Source of the DNA: Candidatus Electronema halotolerans
Lineage (GTDB): Bacteria; Desulfobacterota; Desulfobulbia; Desulfobulbales; Desulfobulbaceae
Assembly (NCBI GenBank): GCA_942493095.1
Contig: OW818675.1
Coordinates: 1,620,001 to 1,652,000, forward strand
Direction: 5' to 3'
Length of the DNA stretch: 32,000 nt
Shown: piece after piece, positions 1 to 8,404 of the stretch
Position numbering within the stretch: the first letter of the stretch is position 1
How the letters are laid out: every line of letters begins with the position of its first letter
Position numbers and translations under genes: made by a program
Notes under the pieces: generated by a model
The model's database searches: none
What the model saw: only the letters and a program-made list of their open reading frames with translations
Told to the model about the DNA's origin: nothing

Positions 1-576
1 CAGTCCCAAAGTGCTCATGGTTGACCAGCGCAGCCGGGCAAAAAGGGTCATGGAGACAAAAAGAATGCCCAGCATCAGGGCGGTGCCCAAGTCCGGCTGA
101 ATCAAAATCAGAATAAAGGGCACTGCGGTCAGCGCGCCGGGCCGGATCAAGTCCTTGAGCTGATGCCCTTTCACCGGGCTTTCCCGGCGGGCGTAGCAGC
201 TCGCCAAAACCAAGACCAGCACCAATTTGGCCGGTTCCGAGGGCTGGAGGTTGAAAAAGCCAAGGTCAATCCAGCGCTGCGTCCCGGCCACAGTTTTGAC
301 AAACAGCTTGGTGTAGATCAGGAGCAGACAGACTGCGCCGTAGCCAAGATAGGCGAACAGCTCCAGCTCGCTGTAGTCAATATTGACGAGCAGGACTATG
401 AGGGCATAGCCGATGAGAAAAAAATAGAGCTGCTTGAAAAAGAGCGGCGAGGGCGAGGGGCTGCCGTTCCATGTGGCGCTGAACAGGCTGGCCAAGGACA
501 TGATGGAGACCAAGGTCAGGGCCAGCATCAGCACCCAGTCGAAATTGTGGATCAGACGGCGGTCAAAGTGCGGCAT
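1..576 (-). CDS. rodA: Rod shape-determining SEDS protein RodA, N-terminal part (the gene runs off the left edge)
   Basis: Hand translation of the minus strand from the ATG at 576..574 gives MPHFDRRLIHNFDWVLMLAL...FFNLQPSEPAKLVLVL...ILIQPDLGTALMLG. This is a polytopic protein with the FtsW/RodA/SpoVE QPSE-AK signature. It lies 22 nt downstream of mrdA, in the canonical mrdA-rodA order. It is missing from the ORF track because it is open at the window edge. Confidence 0.85.
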   Translation of the reverse strand, partial: MPHFDRRLIHNFDWVLMLALTLVSIMSLASLFSATWNGSPSPSPLFFKQLYFFLIGYALIVLLVNIDYSELELFAYLGYGAVCLLLIYTKLFVKTVAGTQRWIDLGFFNLQPSEPAKLVLVLVLASCYARRESPVKGHQLKDLIRPGALTAVPFILILIQPDLGTALMLGILFVSMTLFARLRWSTMSTLGL

Positions 577-597
577 GAAGCTCGACAAATCAAAATG

Positions 598-2484
598 TTA
601 ATCTTGGCCCGAGTCTGCGGTCCCGGCTGCTTGGTCATCTTCCTTGTCAGAGGGATCCAGCCGGTCGGCAAAATATTTTTTCAGAATTGCCTTGGCAATT
701 GGCGCGGCAGCCGAGCCGCCATGCAGACCGTGCTCGACCAGCACTGTGACTGCGATCTCCGGCTGTTCTGCGGGAGCAAAGCAGGTGAACCAGGCATGAT
801 CCCGGTACTTGTAGGGAATATCTTCTTCTTTCAGATGCTTGTACTGCTTGAGACGGACCACTTGCGCAGTGCCGGTCTTGCCGGCCACCGTGATGCCCTT
901 GAGCTGCGCCCGGCGGGCAGTGCCGTGCCGTCCGTTCACCGCCTCAATCAGCCCATCCTTGATGATTTTAAAGTTACGGTCCTGTCCTTCAAAATGATCC
1001 AGCATGACCGGCTGAAACCGTTCAATGACGTGTCCATCAGGATCGTGCACGGTTTCAATCATCCCAGGCTTGTACAGAATGCCGCCATTGGCCACTGCCG
1101 CTGTCATCATGGTGAGCTGGAGCGGGGTCACCAAGTTGAAGCCCTGGCCAATGGCCACGGACAGGGTCTCGCCGTCCTGCCACGGCTTGCCATACCGGGC
1201 CATCTTCCAATCCGAGGTGGGAATCAGGCCCGCCTTTTCGTGCTCCATCTCCACGCCGGTCTTGCGGCCCAGCCCCAGATGCCGGGCATACTTTGCCAGC
1301 CGGTTCACCCCCAGCCGCTGGCCGACATGATAAAAATAAACATCACAGGATTCAGACAGGGCGCGCTTCAAATTCACAGACCCGTGTCCGCCCCGTTTCC
1401 AGCAGCGGTAGCGGCGGTTGCCAAAGCGGTATGAGCCAGGGCAGTAAATAATGTTCTCTGGGGTGATGATGCCTTCGGCCAGGCCGGCCAGCGCCGTCAC
1501 AGTTTTGTAGGTGGAAGCCGGAGGATACTGCCCCTGCACGGTCTTGTTGATCAGCGGATGTTTGAGATTGTTGAGCATGGCCTGCCAGTTCTTCTGCGAG
1601 ATGCCGCCGAGGAACTGGCTCAGATCCAGCACCGGCGAGCTGGCCACCACCAGCAGGCGGCCTGTGTTGACCTCCACCGCCACCACAGCCCCGGCCTTGT
1701 CCTCTTCCTCCATAAGTTTTTCGGCGGTCTGCTGCAAATCCACGTCAAGCGTCAGCTGCAGGTCATTGCCAGGCAGCGGCTTCACCCCTTTCAGGTTGCG
1801 CTGCTCAAAGCCGAGCGCGTTGACCTCCATGTAATGCCGCCCCTTCTCGCCGCGCAGATCCTTTTCCCGCAGTTTTTCCAAGCCCATCTTGCCGATCAGG
1901 TCGCCGGCCCGATAGACACCCGGTTCCGCCGCATTCAGCTCCTCCCGGCTGATCTCGCCCAGATAGCCGATGACGTGCGAGGCCAGATTGCCGTAATGAT
2001 ACACCCGCTGCGGCACCACCTCAATCTTGATGCCTGGCAGGTTCATGCGGTTGTTTTCAATATAGGCGACCTTGTCCCAGCTCAGATTTTCCGCCAGCCG
2101 GATGGGAATATGCCCTGGAGTGTCGGCCATCTTGCGGATCCGGGCCAGCAGCTCGGCAATGTCCGCGTCCAAAATCACGGCCATCTTTTTGATCAGGTCC
2201 TCGTCAATGCGGTTGCCCTCCCGCACCCAGACCACATTGAAGGAAGGACGGTTGGTCACCACCGCCCGTCCTTTCCGGTCAAGAATATTGCCTCTGGGCG
2301 CGGCAATGTCCAAGGCGCGCACCCGGTTGTTCCGGGCCATGCGGGTGTACTCCCCGCCCTGCTGCACTTGGAGATACCAGAACCGGGCCGCCAGCACGGC
2401 GAAAAAAAAGAGCAGCACGGCTGAGGAATACATGGCCCGGCGGCGGTAGAAATCCAGTTCATCCTCATTGACCCTGCTGATCAC
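598..2484 (-). CDS. mrdA: Penicillin-binding protein 2 (elongasome transpeptidase)
   Basis: The 707-aa ORF 598..2721 contains a PBP dimerisation domain and a transpeptidase domain (PPASTYK = SxxK motif, SESCD = SxN-like, KTGTA = KTG motif). An N-terminal TM helix follows FYRRRAMYSSAVLLFFFAVLAARFWYLQ. I trimmed the start to the GTG at 2484, because the upstream 79 codons overlap mreD and look non-protein-like. The exact start is uncertain. Confidence 0.9.
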   Translation of the reverse strand: MISRVNEDELDFYRRRAMYSSAVLLFFFAVLAARFWYLQVQQGGEYTRMARNNRVRALDIAAPRGNILDRKGRAVVTNRPSFNVVWVREGNRIDEDLIKKMAVILDADIAELLARIRKMADTPGHIPIRLAENLSWDKVAYIENNRMNLPGIKIEVVPQRVYHYGNLASHVIGYLGEISREELNAAEPGVYRAGDLIGKMGLEKLREKDLRGEKGRHYMEVNALGFEQRNLKGVKPLPGNDLQLTLDVDLQQTAEKLMEEEDKAGAVVAVEVNTGRLLVVASSPVLDLSQFLGGISQKNWQAMLNNLKHPLINKTVQGQYPPASTYKTVTALAGLAEGIITPENIIYCPGSYRFGNRRYRCWKRGGHGSVNLKRALSESCDVYFYHVGQRLGVNRLAKYARHLGLGRKTGVEMEHEKAGLIPTSDWKMARYGKPWQDGETLSVAIGQGFNLVTPLQLTMMTAAVANGGILYKPGMIETVHDPDGHVIERFQPVMLDHFEGQDRNFKIIKDGLIEAVNGRHGTARRAQLKGITVAGKTGTAQVVRLKQYKHLKEEDIPYKYRDHAWFTCFAPAEQPEIAVTVLVEHGLHGGSAAAPIAKAILKKYFADRLDPSDKEDDQAAGTADSGQD

Positions 2485-2555
2485 CGGCCTGCCGCCGACA
2501 AGCCGCCCGGTCTCCTCCTGCGGGCGCGTGCGCACGCGCCGCCGATTGCCTGCGC

Positions 2556-3107
2556 TCACGGCAGTCCCCGCTCCTGCCGGAACTGGTTGCCCGCGTGGGC
2601 CTGTCTTGTTCTGCCGGGCAGCAGGCCGACGCTCAGGCGGCGGGAGACAAAGGCGAAACAGCGGAACAGAGGAAACGCGGCAAGATACACCAGACTGGCC
2701 CGGAAGAGCATGGGCGGCCATGACCAGACGATTTCAGCCTCAGGCAGCAGCAGCTTGAGCAGGAGCACTTCCAGCCAGGAGACAAAAAGATAGCTGACTG
2801 CGGTCAAGGGCAGCTGGTAGAGCGATTTGCGCACCGGCATCTTGACAGCCATGAATTTGAGAAAAAAATAGCCGCCGCAGCAGATGGCCGGATGCAGGCC
2901 GGTCACGGTGCCGGAATAGACATCCATGACGCAGCTCAGGGGCAGAAGAATGGCGATGCTCTGGCAGATGGGGAACTGATAGGCTGCGTAGGCCACCAGC
3001 ACATAGTATAAATCTGGAGCGGCCCGCCAGAGCGGACTGGGCATGAAGACCGTGGTCTGAGCAACAGCTAAGAGCAGGCCCATTATGATGAAGACAAGGG
3101 TCAGCAT
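2556..3107 (-). CDS. mreD: Rod shape-determining protein MreD
   Basis: A 183-aa very hydrophobic multi-TM ORF lying between mreC and mrdA. Size and position are typical of MreD. Confidence 0.8.
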   Translation of the reverse strand: MLTLVFIIMGLLLAVAQTTVFMPSPLWRAAPDLYYVLVAYAAYQFPICQSIAILLPLSCVMDVYSGTVTGLHPAICCGGYFFLKFMAVKMPVRKSLYQLPLTAVSYLFVSWLEVLLLKLLLPEAEIVWSWPPMLFRASLVYLAAFPLFRCFAFVSRRLSVGLLPGRTRQAHAGNQFRQERGLP

Positions 3108-3118
3108 TGCGGACCAGA

Positions 3119-4000
3119 TTAGGGCACCTCTGTCTCAGGTTGATGCTTGAATTCTTTTTTCTTCTGTTCAATCACCAGCAGATTTTCCAAGGTGCTGAAA
3201 TCCACTGCCGGCATCACCTCAATTTCCAAAAACATGCCGCGCCGGTTTTTCGTGACTTCAGAGACAATGCCCACTGGCAGGCCGGGCGGAAACAGGCCGC
3301 CATAGCCTGCGGTGACGACGTGGTCGCCTTTTTCCACCGCAACTGTCTTGAGGATGTATTCCAGCGTGAAGGTGCTGCCGCCCGTGCCTTTGAGGATGCC
3401 CCGGACCCGTGAATTTTGAAGCAGGACATCAATGGCGCTGGACGGGGCAATGGCCAGCAGCACTTTGGCGTAGTTAGACGAGGCGGCATAGACCTGACCG
3501 ACAATGCCCTCGCCAGTGACCACAGGCATGCCCTTATCGACTCCGTCGCTGAGACCCCGGTCAATAATGACGCTGCGGAACCAGAGCGAGGGGTCTTTGC
3601 CGACAATCCGGGCCGTCACGGTGGGCAGGCCGGAGGACTCCTTGAATTCCAGCAGCTTGCGCAGGCGGGCATTAAGAGCCACTGCCCCCCGGTTGGCATA
3701 GGCCGCAGTCCGGCATTTTTGCAGCTCCTGCCAGAGCCGTTCCTTTTCCTCGCGCACAGTGAGGAGGTCAAGGTACTGCTCTTTCATGGCTTGAAACGGG
3801 GCTTTGATTTGCGCGGCAACCTTTTGCAGCGGCCCGGCGGCATCAAGAAGCAGCTTGTACATGGGGCCGAAATCCTGGCTGCCAAAGAGAACCACCAGAA
3901 AAATCAGCACAATGGTCACGCCTGCGCCGCCAAGCAGCAGGGAACGGAAGCCGCCGCCCGCATCTTTCCGCCGCCTGCGGGGATTAGTGCGCTGCTGCAT
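3119..4000 (-). CDS. mreC: Rod shape-determining protein MreC
   Basis: 293 aa with a basic N-terminus, a single TM helix, a coiled-coil region (LTVREEKERLWQELQK) and then a beta-rich domain with the G-VVT-GY-G-FP-G-PVG pattern typical of MreC. It sits directly after mreB. Confidence 0.9.
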   Translation of the reverse strand: MQQRTNPRRRRKDAGGGFRSLLLGGAGVTIVLIFLVVLFGSQDFGPMYKLLLDAAGPLQKVAAQIKAPFQAMKEQYLDLLTVREEKERLWQELQKCRTAAYANRGAVALNARLRKLLEFKESSGLPTVTARIVGKDPSLWFRSVIIDRGLSDGVDKGMPVVTGEGIVGQVYAASSNYAKVLLAIAPSSAIDVLLQNSRVRGILKGTGGSTFTLEYILKTVAVEKGDHVVTAGYGGLFPPGLPVGIVSEVTKNRRGMFLEIEVMPAVDFSTLENLLVIEQKKKEFKHQPETEVP

Positions 4001-4035
4001 CTGCGCTGGACAAGCAAAGGCGAAGGCCGGAACAA

Positions 4036-5079
<1,044 letters not shown>

Positions 5080-5118
5080 TCACCTGTGAAAGAATTATTC
5101 GTTCTGTCAATGAATAAA

Positions 5119-5134
5119 GGCTCCCGCAGGAGCC
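5119..5134 (-). terminator. GC-rich hairpin with a T-rich tail in the mreB leader (possible read-through insulator or attenuator)
   Basis: ggctcc-cgca-ggagcc forms a perfect 6-bp stem with a 4-nt loop. On the minus strand it is followed by TTTATT. It lies 46 nt upstream of the mreB ATG. The stem is short and the U-tract is imperfect. Confidence 0.25.
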
Positions 5135-5649
5135 GCTGAGAGCAAAAGGAAATTGTCGTGCCGTCCTGCATCGGAAGCAGGGCACAGGTGCAGTTTACCA
5201 GCAGGAAGGCAAAGAGGCAATGCAAAACACAAGAACTTGCCGCTGAGGAAAAAGAACAGGATTTCAGTCTGCTGCCTTTGGACAGCACCGCCTTTTTCAG
5301 AAAAGACCGTGCTGTCCGTCTGAACTCCCAGTTCTCTTTTTCTTTTACAAAACAGCGTGTTGCTGAACGCCTCCGGCAGGAAGACGGAACAAGGCCTGTT
5401 CTTCAGCAGACGGCCCGGCAGGATTCATTTCACCAGCAATGGCAAAAAAATCGGGAAGATATTTCAAGGCCTGACAGCCCTGCCATCAGCACCCTTCCTT
5501 GCGCCTTCGCACGGCCCGTTCGTTTCGCTGTGAAGTCTGACTTTACAGTGGTGTTCTCAGAAGAAATATGCTATCCTGATGGGCACGTGTTATATACTGT
5601 ACTGTTATCTCTGGTTAAAGGTTGCACCCTGTTGAGGAGGGGCTATTTC

Positions 5650-5871
5650 ATGCAGTTCAACGCCATCATTGAGCATGACCAAGACGGCTGGTATGCGTAT
5701 GTCCCTTCCTTGCAAGGCTGCGTGAGCCAAGGCGACACGCTGGAAGAGGTGCTTGCCAATATCAAAGAGGCCGTCGAGCTGTACTTGGAAGACATGGACG
5801 AGCAGGAGAAGGAAAGCCTTTCCAAATGCAGCTATCTTATAGCTCCCATTCAGATTGCAGCGCATGTCTAA
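5650..5871 (+). CDS. hicB: HicB-family antitoxin (UPF0150-type)
   Basis: MQFNAIIEHDQDGWYAYVPSLQGCVSQGDTLEEVLANIKEAVELYLEDM matches the classic HicB N-terminal fold pattern (..GGY.A.VP.L.GC.SQG.T.EEA..N..EA...). A GAGGAGG Shine-Dalgarno sequence lies 9 nt upstream of the ATG at 5650. The longer track ORF from 5158 is an upstream read-in. Confidence 0.85.
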   Translation: MQFNAIIEHDQDGWYAYVPSLQGCVSQGDTLEEVLANIKEAVELYLEDMDEQEKESLSKCSYLIAPIQIAAHV

Positions 5872-6070
5872 GAAGTGGCCGCGTCTGACTGCGCAGGAGG
5901 CGGAAAAGCTGCTGCTGGACAAAGGATTCGAGTTGTCCCGGCAGAAAGGCAGTCACCGAGTGTACCGCAAGGACAGCTGCCGCATGGTCATTCCGCACCA
6001 TCAAGGAAAAACGCTGCATCCGAAAATCATCAGAGAGCTGTTCGATCTGCTGCTTGATGCCACAAAGTGA
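5864..6070 (+). CDS. hicA: HicA-family mRNA interferase toxin
   Basis: MSKKWPRLTAQEAEKLLLDKGFELSRQKGSHRVYRKD...VIPHHQGKTLHPKIIRELFDLL shows the HicA/YcfA pattern (GSH...vP.H.gK.l..g....I). The ATG at 5864 overlaps the hicB stop by 8 nt (ATGTCTAA). Confidence 0.85.
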   Translation: MSKKWPRLTAQEAEKLLLDKGFELSRQKGSHRVYRKDSCRMVIPHHQGKTLHPKIIRELFDLLLDATK

Positions 6071-6112
6071 GCAGGATTGACGTGATGCAGCACCTGCCCA
6101 TTCTGTGGCATT

Positions 6113-7279
6113 CTACCTCACCTTCCCCAGCCTCTCCCTCGACTCCTCATTCTTTGCCAGCCGGTTACGCAGCTCCTCCAGCTTGGCCCGCTCCTTCTCC
6201 ACCACATCCGCCGGGGCATTGGCAAGGAACTTCTCATTGCCGAGCTTGCCGCGCACCCGCTGCAAGTCCTGCTCCAGAGTCTTACGCTCGCGGGCCAGCT
6301 TGTCCAACTCCGCATCCACGTCAATCAGCTCCTTGAGCGGCACGACCACCTCCACCCCGCTGACCAAGCTGTGCGCCGCATCGTCCGGCACCGCGCCTGA
6401 TTCTGCAATCTCCAGCGTCTCAGCGCGGGTCATGGCGCAGACAGAGCCGCTGAACGACTGAAGCAGCTCGCGCTTGGCTGCGTCAGCACAGATCAGGCTG
6501 ACATGCAGCTTCGCGCTCGGATGCACGTTGGCCTCGCTGCGGATGGTGCGCACCGCTGTGATGATCTCCATAAGGAGCTGCATGGACTGCTCGGTCTCGG
6601 CATCCTGCCACGCCGGCTTGGCCTCTGGGAATGACTCAAGCATGATCGTGCCGCGTTCGCCCGGCAGTTGGCTCCAGATTTCCTCAGTAACGAACGGGCA
6701 GATCGGGTGGAGGAGCTTGAGAATGTGCTCCAGCACACAGAGGAGCACGCCCCGCGCCTCCTCGCGCTTGGCAGTGTCATCGCTGAACAAATCCGCCTTG
6801 ATCCACTCCACGTACCAGTCGCAGAACTCATGCCAAGTGAACTGGTAGATGGCCGAGGCGATCAGGTTGAAGTCATAGCCGTCCAATGCCTTGCGCACGT
6901 CGCGGATGGTGGCGTTGGTGCGGCTCAATATCCAGCGGTGCGGCAGGGCCAGCTTGCCCGGTTCGTCCGCCACCGCAACAATGTCCGGCTCGCTCTCCTT
7001 GATGTGCATCTGGGCGAAGCGGGCCGCGTTCCACAGCTTGTTGATGAAGCGGCGGTAGCCGTCGATGCGCTCCTCGTCCATCTTGATTTCACGCCCTTGC
7101 GCAGCGAAAGCGGTCAGGGTGAAGCGGAAAGCATCGGTGCCGTACTGGGCGATCATGTCGAGCGGGTCGATCACATTGCCCGTTGATTTGGACATCTTTT
7201 TGCCGTGCTTGTCGCGCACCAAGGCGTGCAAATACACGTCGCGGAACGGCACCTCGTCCATGAAGTGGAGGAGCATCAT
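6113..7279 (-). CDS. 5'-truncated valyl-tRNA synthetase paralogue (C-terminal 388 aa: KMSKS loop, anticodon-binding domain, C-terminal coiled coil). The ORF is intact; it may be a relic pseudogene.
   Basis: It aligns without gaps to residues about 523-911 of the full valS ORF at a constant offset of 6283 nt. I count about 33 aa substitutions in 388 by hand, and roughly 90% nt identity. The catalytic Rossmann and editing domains are absent. Its ATG overlaps the stop of the upstream TPR gene (TGATG). Confidence 0.7.
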   Translation of the reverse strand: MMLLHFMDEVPFRDVYLHALVRDKHGKKMSKSTGNVIDPLDMIAQYGTDAFRFTLTAFAAQGREIKMDEERIDGYRRFINKLWNAARFAQMHIKESEPDIVAVADEPGKLALPHRWILSRTNATIRDVRKALDGYDFNLIASAIYQFTWHEFCDWYVEWIKADLFSDDTAKREEARGVLLCVLEHILKLLHPICPFVTEEIWSQLPGERGTIMLESFPEAKPAWQDAETEQSMQLLMEIITAVRTIRSEANVHPSAKLHVSLICADAAKRELLQSFSGSVCAMTRAETLEIAESGAVPDDAAHSLVSGVEVVVPLKELIDVDAELDKLARERKTLEQDLQRVRGKLGNEKFLANAPADVVEKERAKLEELRNRLAKNEESRERLGKVR

Positions 7280-8241
7280 CAGAGGGATGATTCCTGCCGC
7301 TCTGCCCGCACTTCCTCCAATGCTTTGCGGTCATCCTTCAAATCAGGATGATCGACAGCCTCTTCAATATGCACGGCTTTGCTGATATATTCCTCCGCCT
7401 TGGCAATATCGTCTATATCGTAATATGTGAGGCCAATGTTCCAACAGCTTTCCGCTTCTCCAATCTTATCTCCAACTTCTTTGCGTGTTGCCAAGGCTCG
7501 TTTGTGATATTCTAACGCCTTGGTATAGTTGTTCAATGTACGGAATATTTCGCCGATATTGTTCAATGACGTACCCGCTCCAGCCTTATCGCTTTCTTGT
7601 AAGGTTATATCCAAGTTATAATACGTCAAAGCTGTCTCATAGTCACCTTGCTCATAATAAAGTCTGCCGATGTTGTTCAGAACTATTCCTTCTCCCTTTC
7701 GATCTCCTCCCTTCCGACATATCGTCAAGTCTTGCTCGTAATATTTCAAGGCCAGCTTATGGTTGCCCTGCTGCTGATATATCTCTGCGATGTTGTTTAA
7801 GGTCAATCCTTCACCTTGCCTATCCTCCAGCTCTCGGTCTATCTCAAGGCTTTGTTCATACCACATTAATGCTTTCTCGTGTTCACCGCGCCGCCCACAA
7901 ATGTAGCCGAGATTGTTCAGACACATGCTTTCATTTCTGCGGGCACCTTGCTGTCGGGCCGCATTCAAGTTCATCTCAACGACCGCCATATTTTCTGCCC
8001 AATACCCCTGCTGGTCTAAGTAGGTATTGATTGCTTCAGCTAAGTCATTTACCTCTTGCCACAGCCTGCTAGCCAAGCAGACCTCCAACAACCGCAGGCA
8101 TTGCACTCGCTCCTTATTCAGCCGAGCGTACCCCGCCGCACCACGAGCACTCTCCTTTTCTGCCAATGCAGTATAGTGCGCAGCAAGCCGTTGGTATACT
8201 TCGGTCAGTTCAGCACTTGAAGCAGTATGGTTAGACATCAT
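7279..8241 (-). CDS. TPR-repeat protein, NLR-type sensor arm paralogue B (helical linker plus five 40-aa TPR_12-like repeats)
   Basis: It contains repeats of the form LNNIG.IY..QG.Y..AL.YYEQ.L.I....GD..GEG. The N-terminal 45 aa are nearly identical to the 5' stub at 10747..10879. The start is the ATG at 8241 (or 8238), while the track ORF starts at the TTG at 8247. Confidence 0.85.
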   Translation of the reverse strand: MMSNHTASSAELTEVYQRLAAHYTALAEKESARGAAGYARLNKERVQCLRLLEVCLASRLWQEVNDLAEAINTYLDQQGYWAENMAVVEMNLNAARQQGARRNESMCLNNLGYICGRRGEHEKALMWYEQSLEIDRELEDRQGEGLTLNNIAEIYQQQGNHKLALKYYEQDLTICRKGGDRKGEGIVLNNIGRLYYEQGDYETALTYYNLDITLQESDKAGAGTSLNNIGEIFRTLNNYTKALEYHKRALATRKEVGDKIGEAESCWNIGLTYYDIDDIAKAEEYISKAVHIEEAVDHPDLKDDRKALEEVRAERQESSL

Positions 8242-8265
8242 TCTCAATGGTCTGACTTGAACTCA

Positions 8266-8396
8266 CACTATGGTGTGAAGAAGGGAGACACTACGGTATC
8301 TCCTGTCGAGACACCAAGGTAACTCTCGTGGAGTCACTATGGTAACTCGGAGGGAGACACTACGGTGTCTCTTTGGGAGATATCGTAGTGTCTCCC
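8266..8396. repeat. Three copies of a 20-22-nt palindromic hairpin unit (GGAGACAC-TACG-GTRTCTCC): two direct copies embedded in a 38-nt direct repeat, and one inverted copy
   Basis: Copy A is at 8266..8303 (cactatggtgtgaagaagggagacactacggtatctcc). Copy B is at 8335..8372 (cactatggtaactcggagggagacactacggtgtctc). Copy C, inverted, is at 8375..8396 (gggagatatcgtagtgtctccc). In copy B, gagacac/gtgtctc forms a perfect 7-bp stem with a tacg loop. All copies lie in the 163-nt gap between the two TPR genes. Confidence 0.8.
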
Positions 8397-8404
8397 ACGA
8401 AAGG

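Noticed and set aside
163-1434. 423-aa plus-strand ORF antisense to rodA/mrdA. Similar long antisense ORFs occur at 1558..2424, 12786..13964, 14031..15122, 18529..20046, 20719..21753, 22589..23848, 26390..27346 and 27857..28624.
   Set aside because: Each lies entirely opposite a gene with clear family motifs. Their translations are low-complexity and rich in R/A/G/P/H/Q, as is typical of stop-poor shadow frames in GC-rich DNA. None has a Shine-Dalgarno sequence or recognisable motifs.
2485-2721. 79-codon N-terminal extension of the mrdA ORF (MAAHALPGQSGVSCRV...), overlapping the 3' end of mreD
   Set aside because: It is rich in Arg/Pro/Gly, looks non-protein-like, and overlaps mreD by 166 nt. 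PBP2 proteins start shortly before the single TM helix, so I chose the GTG at 2484.
5585-5625. LexA/SOS-box-like CTGT repeats (tatactgtactgttat) upstream of hicB
   Set aside because: The two CTGT elements are direct rather than inverted (there is no CTGT-N8-ACAG palindrome), so this does not fit a LexA operator. It may still be a HicB operator, but I have no evidence for that.
5158-5649. Upstream part of the 237-aa ORF that ends as hicB
   Set aside because: Only the last 73 aa match HicB, and that part has its own strong GAGGAGG Shine-Dalgarno sequence and ATG. The upstream translation has no features and is most likely non-coding leader or promoter DNA.
8266-8396. Possibility that the short repeats form a mini CRISPR array
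   Set aside because: There are only three units, one of them inverted. The spacings are unequal (about 31 nt and about 3 nt), the repeat is itself a near-perfect palindrome shorter than typical CRISPR repeats, and no cas genes lie nearby.
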